Source: Octopus sinensis (lineage: Eukaryota). Taken from it: 64,000 bases of DNA. Below are positions 12,890-26,055 of the stretch, piece by piece (the stretch's first letter is position 1; each line of letters starts with the position of its first letter). Under the pieces are notes generated by a model. The model was not told the DNA's origin. It saw nothing but the letters and a program-made list of their open reading frames with translations, and ran no database searches. A program made the translations under genes and the position numbers. The stretch is taken from NCBI RefSeq assembly GCF_006345805.1, contig NC_043005.1, positions 42,966,001-43,030,000 of the forward strand, in the 5' to 3' direction.

Positions 12890-13077
12890 ACAGAGCGGCA
12901 CCCACTTGGACGCATACACACACATACACACATACACATATACGCACATTCTGGATGTTTAACAATATGTTGAATATTCTTGAAGCAAAACGTCGGTGAT
13001 ATTTTCCAGTCTATCAATAACTTTGAGTCTGAATTTACATAATCAGGATAGAGATATGCTTAAGTTGAACGAAAGCC

Positions 13078-13133
<56 letters not shown>

Positions 13134-13167
13134 AGATAGAAGAGAGAGGGAGGGAGGGAGAGAGAGA

Positions 13168-13255
<88 letters not shown>

Positions 13256-13262
13256 AAGAGAG
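13078..13262. repeat. (GA)n microsatellite
   Basis: Visible directly in the sequence. Confidence 0.98.
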
Positions 13263-14092
13263 AACGCGAGGGATGGTATGAGAGATTTCACACATAATAG
13301 GAATACCGAAATCATGTTGGAATTGGACGAAAACTGTCTGAAATGGAGTCGATATATGAAAATGCCAAGAAAGTGGAACGAAGAGAAAAGAAAGAAAGGA
13401 ACTAGGTAGACAACCTTCTTCATTTCCTCCAGACAGCTGGTTATTCAACCTGACTGTTAAGTAGAGCCAAAATGGCCACGCCTCTTATGAGCTGGTGGTC
13501 ATTCGATGTTCCATAAAGCTTACGTCGTCTGGTGATTTAAACAAAGGCAGCCGACATATAATAGTTCGGATATGGAGATGGCATCGTTTAACTGTAAAAC
13601 CGAGGTCGGTTATTTGAGTAACTGGAATAAACAGGTGAGGCTAACCAGTCCAGAAGTTAACTAACGGTGAGGAAGTTGGGTGGTATATGATTAGCATAAT
13701 AATGCTTATGTTTCTGATATTATGTATATTATATACAAACGTATGTACATAAATGCTTCGATATTTAGGTATCAAAATACAAGAATTTATTTGCTTATCT
13801 TCCACCAATTACACACATACACACACACACTCACATACACATTTTGTGTGTGTGTGGTTCTCTGTGTGTGCCTGTGTGTGTTTGTCTAATTATCATTTTA
13901 CGTATTTGCACTTTTCTGTATTTTTATTTGTTAATTTTCTTTCTATCCGCCTTATCTTTCATCTCTTTCTTCACAAACATAGATACATACATGCATACAT
14001 ACATACATATATACATACATACAAACACATCCACATACATACACACACACACGCGCATACATACATACATACATACATACATACATACAACA

Positions 14093-14123
<31 letters not shown>

Positions 14124-14344
14124 CCACTGCTCTCAGATTTGATCACTACATACTGCTGCCAAACTAAAAGCAGAGCTTGAAGCGATCTGATGTTTCTACA
14201 TTAAAAAGCTTGTAATTGTGTAGCAAATGAGCTACAGGGAGAGGCTCAAATGCTACGCCTTTACTCCTCCCTGGGGCGAAGACGCAAGAGGTATGTTTTA
14301 CACATGGAAAATTTCTTTAAGGTTCAAGAATTATACAAATGCCA

Positions 14345-14770
14345 GAATGCACGCCATTGCATTATTCTCCGGTAGTTACTGCTGGCTCTTTCCAAATGTA
14401 TAGCAAGGACCCAGGGGCGTAGATAGGTTGGAACAAGCAGGGCACATACCCTGGGCACCACTTTGAGGGGGGGCGCAATTTTGGCCAAGATCATTTTCTA
14501 ATTAAGCCATTTCTATGCGAGTTTCCACTTTTTGGCTGGGTGGAGGAGGGGCAGTTTTGATGCTTGCCCTAGGCGCCATTTACCATAGCTACGCCCCTGC
14601 AAGGAGCCGAACCCTCCAGCCACACATATGGCTTTCTAGCAGTGACCCTCTCCAGCCAAGGATCGACCACAGTCTCCAGAAGCTTCACATAGACGTCTAA
14701 ATTGATCCTAAGGCTCTGTTCGACAAAATTCGAAGCTTCTACTCTGTTGTAGCTGCCGAAAGATATATCA
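14345..14770 (-). pseudogene. Tc1/mariner-superfamily (DD37D/maT-like) transposase fragment interrupted by a MITE
   Basis: Minus-strand LRINLDVYVKLLETVVDPWLERVTARKPYVWLEGSAP continues as CYTFGKSQQ*LPEN once the MITE is removed. This resembles the second-Asp region (..YVWQQDSAPCH..). Subfamily is inference. Confidence 0.75.
14412..14599. mobile_element. 188-bp MITE, hAT-like (8-bp TSD)
   Basis: TIRs caggggcgtag / ctacgcccctg. TSD caaggacc (14404-14411) and caaggagc (14600-14607). Confidence 0.88.
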
Positions 14771-15415
14771 GAAATTTTATTTTTATGTTTCTTAAACCAG
14801 AAGGAATTATCATTAGCGATGATAATAAATCCCACACATTCTTTCTACCATTCATAATTGTGTCAGTTATGTAGTAATTTTCTTTTTCAAATCCTAGGGC
14901 TTTCAGATATCGTTTGAAATAGACGAGTGAAAAACTGCAATATCTAACTAAATCCCTAGACAGTAGCGCTATATCACAATTCCCCTTTAAACTTAGTTGT
15001 GTAACATTTTGCATTCATTGGTGCGCGCGCGCGCGTGTGTGTGTGTGTGTGTGTGTGTGTTTTATTGTCTTAATGACTATGCTCTTAGGATGAGAATGGT
15101 GCGGGGCCCACTTAAGCGAACTAAAGAGGAGTGTGACCCCAATTAATGTAAACTAGATAGGACTATTTATGGCAAATTCCTATTAAACGATGCTACTTTT
15201 TATACATATAAGTAGTCAAGCACAAATACATAGAAAATGATAAACAACGAGCTGGAATATCCAGGCTGCACATTTAAATATAATAAGATCCAGCAGACGG
15301 CCTCAACCGTTGCTGATCTTGAGTCTATTTCTGTTTGATTACTCATATATTATGGCAACATTGTTTAATAACAATTTGCTATAAATATTCCTCGTTCGCA
15401 TATCGACATATTATT

Positions 15416-15845
15416 GGCGCAGCTATGGCTGTGGAGTAACAAGTTTGCTTCCCAACCTCATGATTTCGAGTTCAATCCCACCATGTGGCACCTTGGGCTA
15501 GTGTCTACTGCTCTAGCCTCGGGTTGACCAAAAGCCTTGTGACTGGATTTGGTTGACGGAAACTGAAAAGAAGCCCGTCGTATATATGTATATATATGTG
15601 TATTCGTCTGTGTGTCTTTGCGTCTGCGTTTGTCACACCACCATCGATTGACAACCGATGTTGGTGTGTTTACGTTACCGTAACTTAACGGTTCGTTCAA
15701 AGAGTCCGATAGAATAAATATTAGGCTTACAGAGAATAAGCTTAGTGCAAAGAATAAGCCTGGGGTCGATTTGTTCCACTGTAATCCCTTAAGCCGGTGC
15801 TCCAGCATGGCCGCAGTCGAATGACTGGGACAAGTAAAAGAATGA
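15416..15845 (+). mobile_element. Family C (CORE-type) SINE, full length
   Basis: tRNA-like head, tggcaccttgggc CORE-like motif, internal microsatellite, tail ctccagcatggccgcagtcgaatgactgg. A partial copy follows at about 15858-16015. Confidence 0.88.
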
Positions 15846-16144
15846 AAGAATATTATAAGCGCAGCTGTGGCTGCTTGCTAAGAAGTTTTTTTTTCAAATA
15901 CCAGCTTCTGATTTCGGTCTAACAGCGGCGTGGCACTTTGGGCAATGGTCTTCTGACTATAGCCACGGGTCGACCAAAGTCTTGAGAGAGAACTTGGTTG
16001 ACGGAAAATGGAAGTGCGTGTGTGTATATATATATATTTATTTATTTTTCTCAGTGCAGTTACAATTTATATTCATTCTTTCCATTAATATGTTTTTAGA
16101 TTTCAAATATTTCGATAATCCTGTATAGCACATTCATACATTGT

Positions 16145-16440
16145 ATGTGGTTAGAAAAATACAACAAAAAGGTTTTTTTTTTAATTCAGTACCCAGAATA
16201 CACCTTCAGCCCTATATCCATTATTCTTGGAATAAAAGGATGCATACCAACCTGTCGGGAGCAACGTATGACTGAACTTGGCATATTGGGGAGAGAATAC
16301 AAATCCTTAATTCATAAGATACAAATGATCACGACATCTGGGACTATAAAATTCCGCAAGACCTTCTTAAGATTTGAAAGATGACAGTTAAATCAAGATA
16401 CTTTCTCCACAACCTTGCTACCAAGTCCGTGACTGGTCAA
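16145..16440 (+). pseudogene. RLE-type non-LTR retrotransposon 3' fragment (diverged subfamily)
   Basis: QYPEYTFSPISIILGIKGCIP..ELGILGREYKSLIHKIQMITTSGTIKFRKTFLRF is homologous to 11833-12138. catacat upstream, catacatac downstream. Confidence 0.75.
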
Positions 16441-16457
16441 ATATACAAACATACTTG

Positions 16458-16512
<55 letters not shown>

Positions 16513-16684
16513 TGTGTGTGTGTAGTTGTATATTGTCAACTTAATGTGACAGTCCCATGAAGGGAATCATACTACTGCTATTAAGCCCTAGGAAGCAGCA
16601 ACGCTTCTTGTCGGCCATGACATATTTCCTGTGTCCTTATGTTTACAAGGGGGAGATAAGCACCTCCACCCAGCTAAGCCTGCA

Positions 16685-16726
16685 ATCAGAGACTAGTTTC
16701 TGAGTCTTTGCTCGTCATCAGACTGG
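16685..16726 (-). ncRNA. Minimal type-I hammerhead ribozyme motif
   Basis: Minus strand CTGATGA cGAGcaaagaCTCa GAAA CTAG TC: intact core, palindromic stem III (ACTAGT), GUC triplet. Stem I and stem II each have a mismatch. Confidence 0.55.
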
Positions 16727-16841
16727 AGTAGTATGGCCTGCTATTTGGAGATACCTATCTAGCTCTTGTAAACATATAAGAATTCTAGTGAAATAAATAC
16801 ACTGATTACAAAAATAGAAATAATACGTAGGCACGTAAAGA

Positions 16842-17360
16842 AGTTACACAGGAGAGTATTTGCCTATATATGTGGATGTTTGTCTATTAGCTAACGAATG
16901 TTTATTTGAGAATGACAGGAAAGGAAAGAGAAACGTATCTCTCTTCAGAAATAGGTGTGCGGGTCTGTGATTTTGTAACTACACATACACACACTGTGCC
17001 TGTGTGCAGGTGTATCTATGTGTGGTGTCTTCCAATTTATAGATCCAGTGGCGGGGAGACGGCTTTGAAGAAAGAGCACAAAAACTTTCTACTCAATGAG
17101 TGACATTCTAACACGGCTCAAGACCACATACTCCACTTTAGTCCGGATACCAGCAACTATATGGAACCGAATTGATCAATCAACTTCAGACTCATCAATC
17201 ATTCCATTTCCTAATTTCTGAGATGAATAATTGCTGCAAGTATTTAAGATCATTCTGACTGTTAACCTTAAAGTCGTTTTGGCACTTTTACTCCATATTC
17301 ACTTTCTTATATTGCATTTCTATTCGTGTATTCGCAGACCGTCTTCATGTATCACGTATC
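16842..17360. repeat. ~520-bp segment duplicated at 21512-22044 (direct orientation)
   Basis: Colinear match by eye with scattered substitutions. Confidence 0.92.
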
Positions 17361-17519
17361 ATGTATGTGAAATTAGAAATTTTCAGATTGTTTTTGTTAT
17401 TTACAGTTGGTGACGTCTTGTACCCATATATGTATATATGCATATGTATGTGTATGTATATGTGTATATATATATATGTGTTTGTATGTATATATATATA
17501 TATGTGTATATATATATAT

Positions 17520-17790
17520 AACGGGAAGCTTTATGAAAATAAACAAAAGACGNNNNNNNNNNNNNNNNNNNNNNNNNNNNNNNNNNNNNNNNNNNNNNNN
17601 NNNNNNNNNNNNNNNNNNNNNNNNNNNNNNNNNNNNNNNNNNNNNNNNNNNNAGGGAAAAGGGAGGCGGGAGACTACAGGGCGGGTCGGGAGAGAGAGAG
17701 CAGATCACGGTCCACGGACCGTGCTCTCAAGGGCGGATGGGATAGTGGTGAGGGGGTATCCACGTAGGGTGAAGTGGTGAGCCATACGTT

Positions 17791-17795
<5 letters not shown>
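17520..17795 (-). mobile_element. Penelope-like element fragment spanning the assembly gap
   Basis: Right of the gap, the minus strand reads QRMAHHFTLRGYPLTTIPSALE / ARSVDRDLL..RLPFSL (PLE RT C-terminal pattern). Left of the gap is a pLTR-end-like sequence shared with 63237-63295. Confidence 0.6.
17553..17652. other. Assembly gap (100 N)
   Basis: Run of N. Confidence 1.
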
Positions 17796-17839
<44 letters not shown>

Positions 17840-17862
17840 TATGTATATATATGTGTGTGTGT

Positions 17863-18169
17863 GGAGGCGCAATGGCCCAGTGGTTAGGGCAGCGAACTCG
17901 CAGTTGTAGGATTGCAGCTTCCATTCCCACACTGGGCGTTGTGTTTATTGAGGGAAAACACCTAAAGCTCCACGACGCTGCGGCAGGGGGGCGGTGGCGA
18001 TCGCTGCTGTACTCTTTCACCACAACTTTCTCTCACTCTTTCTTCTGTTGTCCTGCTCGCTTAGCCAGCGGGATGGTGTCATTCGAAAGCTAAAACAAAT
18101 GCGAAGAGCATTGTGACCAGCGATGTGTAGCAACATCTGATAACCTGGTCGAACATGGTGATCACGGTG

Positions 18170-18170
<1 letters not shown>
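17863..18170 (+). mobile_element. tRNA-derived SINE, family T4 (ggaggcgcaatggcccagtggttagggcagcg head)
   Basis: A-box and B-box-like motifs. Second copy at 37486-37646 (-), and a 3' piece at about 40915-40960. Confidence 0.85.
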
Positions 18171-18218
<48 letters not shown>

Positions 18219-18257
18219 CAAAGTAAAGTTTGGTGTTACCGCTCAAGTAAAAATATA

Positions 18258-18726
18258 AGAAAAAGCATCTGAAAATGCAGGAGTTTTTTAAACGTATTTA
18301 TTAACTTAACCGGTTTCACTTATTTCAAAAGATTTCCAGAAGTAAATTGTGAGGTTCTATGTATCCTCTGTGGTGTGAAAAATTAGTTTACACAAATATA
18401 TTCAAATCAAGTAATAGAGTCTTTGACAATAATAAGAAGAACTCTGAGGCTTTGTGTATCCTCTGTGATGAGTCAAAAATCGTTTACGTTAAAACATTCA
18501 GATCAGGTAATAAATTTTTTTAATAATGATAGGAAGAAAAAATTAACTTATATGAATATATCCCGACAGGCATACAATTTTGAATACATTTTTTGTAAAC
18601 CAATTCTTGACACCATTGAGGATACACAAAACCTCACAATTTACTTTTGAAAATCTTTTTAAATAGTGAAACCTGTTAAATTAATAAATACTTTTAAAAG
18701 ACACCAGCATTTTCAGTTTCTTTTCC
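18258..18726. mobile_element. Foldback-type MITE with ~120-bp imperfect TIRs
   Basis: 18258-18378 aligns to the reverse complement of 18606-18726 (e.g. aagtaaattgtgagg / cctcacaatttactt). Confidence 0.8.
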
Positions 18727-18923
18727 ATATATATATAATATATATATATATATTATATATATATATAGTAGATATATATAATATATATATATATATATAA
18801 TATATATACATATTTTATATATATATAATAAATATATATACATATATATACATATATACACACACACATATTATATATATATATATACACATACATAATG
18901 TACATATGTATATATATATATAT

Positions 18924-18957
<34 letters not shown>

Positions 18958-19224
18958 AATATATCACATATTCAAACAGTAAGTAAGAGTTCGATATGCT
19001 TAGTAAAGGAAACACGTAGTGTTCAAATGAATTTGAACTTCAGCTCCGAATTCTTCATTCAAGACAAGGTCCACATAGTATCAAGAGTGACTATAGCAGA
19101 AATCCAAGATGAGCTGATGTGGAGACAGCGATATACACAATTAAGCCTGACACATATGTACACATATAATATAGTTATTTATACATACACAACAATATAC
19201 AAATAGACGCATATACTCTTTTAC

Positions 19225-19665
19225 TCTTTTACTCTTTTATTTGTTTCAGTCATTTGACTGTGGCCATGCTGGAGCACCGCCTTTAGTCGAGCAAATCGAC
19301 CCCAGGACTTATTCTTTGTAAGCCTAGTACTTATTCTATCGGTCTCTTTTGCCGAACCGCCAAGTTACGGGGACGTAAACACACCAGCACTGGTTGTCAA
19401 GCGATGTTGGGGGACAAACACAGACACACAAACATATACCACACCATGCATATATATATTATAGATATATATAGAATATATATATATATATATATATATA
19501 CGACGGACTTCTTTCAGTTTCCGTTTACTAAATCCACTCACAAGTCTTTGGTCGGCCCGAGGCTAAAGTAGAAGACACTTGCCCAAAGTGCCACGCTGTG
19601 GGACTGAACCTGGAACCATGTGGTTCGTAAGCAAGCTACTTACCACACAGCCACACCTACGCCTA
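19225..19665 (-). mobile_element. Family C (CORE-type) SINE, full length
   Basis: Complete head (accacacagccacacc), gaagacacttgcccaa, body, and (ttttactc)n tail. Confidence 0.92.
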
Positions 19666-19723
19666 CATATGTCTACAAATATTCAAAAAGATACATACGC
19701 ACACATAGATACATATATATATT

Positions 19724-19788
<65 letters not shown>

Positions 19789-19830
19789 TACAGAGAGACA
19801 GACATACAGATATACAGATACATACATACA

Positions 19831-19861
<31 letters not shown>

Positions 19862-20049
19862 CATACATCATACAAGTATATAGATTGTGAAAAATACAGA
19901 ATACTAAGAAAATACATAATTACTCGACAGCTGTTTCAAGAAAACCTTGTGTGTATGTGTTGGGGTGAGTCTATGTGGGGAGGGTGTGTATGTGTGTTTC
20001 AGAGTGTGTGCGTCTCTGTATGTGTATATATGCGTTAATATTTCCGAAA

Positions 20050-20780
<731 letters not shown>

Positions 20781-21115
20781 AGGTAACTAGATAATTGCTT
20801 AGACTGCTAGGTATGAAGGTAGGAGAACAGGTAGGGAACTGTACAGGAAGGTAGGCAGACTGACTGCCTAAGTAGAAAGACGGCAAAACAGGTAAGTTTA
20901 TGAACTGTGTGTGTGTTAGTGTGTTTAGGTGCGTTGCGTGTATGTGTTTGTGTTTGTGTGTGCCTGTGCGCGTGTATTCTTGTATAAGTAGGTAGTTTCA
21001 TCAGGGTGTTGAAATTGATTATGAAATAGCACATTATAATTAAAATCAACTACTCTAGTCACCTGATGGATAGTAGGAAGAAAATAAAGAAATGTAAATT
21101 CGAGTCAGCATGTGG

Positions 21116-21160
<45 letters not shown>

Positions 21161-21511
21161 TGTCTGTCTGTCTGTGTGTATATGTCTGTGTGTGTGCGTG
21201 TGTGTGTGTGTGTGTGTGTTATTGTGTTTGTGTGTGTGAATGAGAGAGAGGAGTATTCACGAGTGAAGGGAATGAAAGACTGAAAATAAGAGAGAGAGAG
21301 GAGTGAGAGAGAGAAAGAGAGAGAGAGAGAAAGGAGAAAGGAGAAAGAGAGAGAGAATGTAGTGGAGAAGATAAGCATGTCTATGTAAATATGTACTTGT
21401 ATGTGCGCGCACTTGTGAGTTTGCATGTGTGGATACGTAAATTTATATGCTAATATATAAAACTGTGTGTGTATGTGTGTGTGTGTGTGTGTGTGTTAGT
21501 ATATGTGAAGG

Positions 21512-22044
21512 AGTTACACAGGAGAGTATTTGCCTATATATGTGGATGCTTGTCTATTTGCTAACGAATGTGTATGTGAGAATGATACGAAAAGAAAGGG
21601 AAACGTACCTCTCTTCAGAAATAGGTGTGCGGGTCTGTGATTTTGTAACTACACATAAACACATATGTGTGTGTATGTGTGTGTCTGTGTGCAGGTGTAT
21701 CTATGTGAGATGTCTTCCAATTTATAGATCCAGTGGCGGGGAGACGGCTGTGAAGAAATAGCAGAAAACTTTCTACTCAATGAGTGACATTCTAACACAG
21801 CTCAAGACCACATACCCCACTTTAGTCCGGATACCAGCAACTATATGGAACCGAATTGATCAATCAACTTCAGACTCATCAATCATTCCATTTCCTAATT
21901 TCTGAGATGAATAATTGCTGCAAGTATTTAAGATCATTCTGACTATTAACCTTAAAGTCGTTTTTGCACTTTTACTCCATATTTACTTTCTTATATTGCA
22001 TTTCCATTCGTGTATTCGCAGACCGTCTTCATGTATTACGTATC
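21512..22044. repeat. Second copy of the 16842-17360 segment
   Basis: Colinear match. Confidence 0.92.
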
Positions 22045-22159
22045 TTCAGATTGTTGTTTTTTTTTTTTCATTTTCTCAAATTTTTAATCCGGTCCAATAA
22101 TAAACTCGTGGCAATAAAACAAGTTCTCATACATCGATTGAGACTCAATGTAGACTATT

Positions 22160-23160
22160 GTGTGAGTGTAGCTGTACCAAGTTTCCAGTATCTTCTACCA
22201 TCTTGTAGGCAAACATATTCTCTGCTTGAACTAACTCCTGTCTTTACTGATGAAAAATGTCCACTTGAATCTTCACATCCTCTTCAGAGTTGAAGGTTTA
22301 TTTATTCAATGAAATGTGAAGAGACAGAAGCAGATGAAAATCTTAAGGAGTAATGTCGGAAGAATATGGATGGTGCGGCAAAATTCCCCAGCCGAGCCCC
22401 AGAAATTTCTGTTGCGTCTGCAAAGAAGTCAGCGGTCTGACATTTTCGTGATGAAAGAAAATACCCTTGCGATTAACAAGCGCTGAACGCTTTTGGTGGA
22501 TCGTAGCATTTATTTTGTTAAGTACTCATCCGAATTGATGGTTCTGCCCTTGGGAAGACGCTTGGAAAAGACAACGGCTTTCCAATCCTAACAAATTGAA
22601 CGCATAAATTTCTTCGTGTGAAGTGCTGCTTTGAAGGCTGTTTGTGATGATTGGCAGTGCTGCTCTTCACTACCCCACTCCACCCCACCCCGCCATGACA
22701 TTTTGCCCTTTAGACGATCCATTTTCCCTTATGACCATTCTCTTCAAAAATAGATAACTTCCTTAACCTTTCTGCAGCGAAATCTGTTCGACGAGGTTAA
22801 ATGCATTCAACTGATGTGGAACCTAAGCATCGATCCTGTTGTCGTAACCAAGATGATGCAATATAGAATTCAACACTCGATTTGAATAGTTGGAGAATGT
22901 CTGCGATTATCTTGGTCGTATAACGTGGGTTGGTGTCGACTAACTCCATTTTATCGCTGTTAATCTCAGTTGGCCAGCCAAAGCTAGGTATATCGTGAAC
23001 CGAAAAACTTCCCGATCAAAATGTTGAAAACCGCTTCTGGTACATACGTTCTGTAACAGCGTCCTTTCCGTACACAGTGCATAACTTCTTGCAGATTTCT
23101 AAAAGAAATATAGAATGTATGAGGTCTCGGTAATATTCGTTTTGGTTATTCATTTCCGTA
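22160..23160 (-). pseudogene. Decayed mariner transposase
   Basis: Minus strand: N-terminal ICKKLCTVYGKDAVTERMYQKRFSTF, and C-terminal EILPHHPYSSDITP*DFHLLLSL (YSPDL motif region) and LPTRW. Many stops and frameshifts. Confidence 0.8.
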
Positions 23161-23414
23161 GTGAAAAGCAACCTGTGCGGTCGCAAGTCCAAGTGGTGCT
23201 ACGTAGGAAAGGCAAATATCTAACGAGTGCGCACGCGCAAGGGACAGATAGAAGTTATCTTCTTATTAGAGCGCTTAGTGTTGATGAAAAGAGGACGGTT
23301 TGTTAGGCCAAGCCAATATGATTGATTATATAAACATGAGGTTTTGTGACTACGAGTCACTTGTTTCTCTACTTTATACAAAAGAAACTTTTCTACTCTA
23401 AGTACAAGGCCAGA

Positions 23415-24000
23415 AATGGAGGGGGGAGGGCAGTCGATTAGATCGACACCAGTGCGCAACTGGTACGTAATTTATCGACCGCAAAAGGATAAAGGGCAAA
23501 GTAGACTACGGCGGAATTTGAACTCAGAACGTAAATACAGACGAAATACCGCTAAGCATTTCGCCCGGTGTACTAACGTTTCTTATTTCTTTATTGTCCT
23601 CAAGGGGATAAACATAGAGGGGACAAACAAGGACAGACAAAGGGATTAAGTCGATTACATCGACACCAGTGCGTAACTGGTACTTAATTCATCGACCCCG
23701 AAAGGGTGAAAGGCAAAGTCGACCTTGGCGAAATTTGAACTCGGAACGTAACGGCAGACGAAATACCTATTTCTTTATTACCCACAAGGGGCTAAACACA
23801 GAGGGCACAAACAAGGACAGACATAGGTATTAAGTCGATTACATCGACCCCAGTGCGTAACTGGTACTTAATTTATCGACCCCGAAAGGATGAAAGGCAA
23901 AGTCGACCTCGGCGGAATTTGAACTCACAACGTAACGCAGACGAAATACCGCTAAGCATTTCGCCCGGCGTGCTAACGTTCCTGCCAGCTCGCCGCCTTA
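23415..24000 (-). mobile_element. Family M SINE tandem trimer
   Basis: Three bodies in tandem. The junction gacgaaatacc|tatttctttattacccacaagg at about 23765 is the same as the 9363 junction. Confidence 0.9.
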
Positions 24001-24684
24001 CTTTATACGAAATAATGCAAATCCAATTAGCAAAGCACATTTATGATGAATATAATACATAAACTTTATTATAACGTGAATAAATTGAAGTGCAGGAATT
24101 TGATTCCTATGTGGAGCATAGAGAAAACAACATTGGCATGAATTTACCTGAGAATATCATGCACAGGTGTATCCAACATACTTTTAAGAGATACAGAGAC
24201 ACTAAAATGTAGAAAGTTACAATTGGAATCATCTTTCTAATAATTAAATTTGAACATTAACTGGCTGCTGTAAACCTAGTAGACAAAGAAATATGAACAT
24301 TTACACAGATCCGCTCGCGCGCGCGCACGCACCTATGTATAGACATACACAACTTGCTCTGTAAACTACAGTATATGTAATGACAAACAAATTAGACAAG
24401 TCGATTTACAGAGAATATTAAATACATTTAATAGAAGAAATGTACATGTGTATGGATATAAAATAGTCCGACATACAGAATATAAATGACATTAGGAGTT
24501 AAATGGGTAGAGATTTACGAGTCCAATAGATGTTGCTGTAGCGATTGGTGGAATGCTATAATAATAGTTACTTGGATCCATTAGCGGATATTACCGCCTC
24601 CGTCTTCAGGGGGGAAATTTACATTGGAGAATTTCGGTTGGTTATACTCAAGATACACACATACATACATATAGCCAGCCAGCA

Positions 24685-24731
<47 letters not shown>

Positions 24732-24772
24732 TATATATATATATAGAGATATGAGATAGATAGGGGAGAGAT

Positions 24773-24883
<111 letters not shown>

Positions 24884-25164
24884 CAGATGTACACACATGT
24901 ATGTGTGTATACTTGTATGTGTTCGAATTGTGTGTGTGTGCATGCGTGTGTGTGTGTGTATAAACTTTATACTTGGAATGACCAATTTTAGATACTATTG
25001 GATTTTACTCACAAGGTATCGGAATCTTATATGTATAGCATTATGCCTAAATAATAGATCTATAAATGGAATATCCCTGCATATCTCACAACTATTTTCA
25101 TTCTTCCACTTCACTCTCTATTTCGTATCTTTTGCTTAGATATTGCTTAACCATTTTCTCACAC

Positions 25165-25214
25165 CGTCTCCGATGAAGGGATATAATAAATATCCTGGAA
25201 ACAGCCGTAACACA
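25165..25214 (+). ncRNA. Degenerate minimal hammerhead motif
   Basis: CCGATGA agGGATAT aataa ATATCCtg GAAA CAGCCG TA. One core substitution (U4C) and a near-palindromic stem III. Confidence 0.45.
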
Positions 25215-25426
25215 TTTATAAATGTTCTAAAATATTCACAGCCCTGGCTTTTCTTATCTCATTCTGAAAAATTGTTTTATATATACACATGCTGATATAT
25301 GACCTACGTTGGACTCCTTATTCGCATAATCACCGAACCTGGAGCTTAACTATGGTCTATCCATAGCACTTACTCAGTATTACCTGACACCTTTGGGTCT
25401 TAGTTACACCATAACCTGTATATATA

Positions 25427-25455
<29 letters not shown>

Positions 25456-25457
<2 letters not shown>

Positions 25458-25857
25458 CTAGCAGTATCACCCGGCGTTGCTCGGGTTTGTAAGGGAAATA
25501 ACTACATAAGCATTTTTAGAGATGTAAAGTACAATAGCCATCTCAATATGGCTAACCACAAAGGGGGGGGGGTGTTACTGTAGCTTTTTACGTTCTGAGA
25601 TTTAATAATACATTTTTAGAGAGTTACTTCCCTTATATAATAGCAAACAAATGCATTAAAAATGGGAAAAAATGATGGTAATTTTTTTTTTAAATCGTAG
25701 ACTCATCGTAGACGCGCGCTAATACCCAGAAGGGCTCGATATGAATCACGACTATAAGATACCCGCTTTTGGTTACACTGCACCGCAAAATGTGGGAGTA
25801 GTTAGGAATCTAAATCGTAGGAGACAGACACACAACTTCACTTTTATATATAAAGAT
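25456..25857 (+). mobile_element. Non-autonomous Helitron/HINE-like element
   Basis: Starts tactagcagtatcacccggcgttgctcgggt (5' hairpin acccg/cgggt) and ends acagacacacaacttcacttttatatataaagat. This architecture resembles Lep1/DINE-type elements (inference). Confidence 0.6.
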
Positions 25858-25879
25858 ATATATGATTATATATTTATAT

Positions 25880-26055
25880 GTATATCAAAAATCGTCGAAG
25901 AACAAACAAAAAAACAACAACGTGAGGACGTGGTACATGTAAACTATTAGCAGATGCTCATGGAAGGAGATAAAGGTGGTTTTACGTTTCGAGCAAAGCT
26001 TTTCTTCAGAAACAGGAGATAGAGGAAAGTTCAATAGAAAAGGAAGACGGAGGAA
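25880..26055 (-). mobile_element. Penelope-like pLTR remnant (family P2) containing a hammerhead
   Basis: Homologous to 53300-53445. Confidence 0.65.
25978..26013 (-). ncRNA. Minimal hammerhead ribozyme motif
   Basis: gttt CTGAAGA a aAGC ttt GCTC GAAA CG TA aaac. Intact core, stem I gttt/aaac, one stem II mismatch. Confidence 0.6.

Noticed and set aside
17863-17935. SINE heads (families T3, T4, C and M) as functional tRNA genes
   Set aside because: They lack a closed acceptor stem and continue into shared repeat bodies, so they are tRNA-derived SINE heads.
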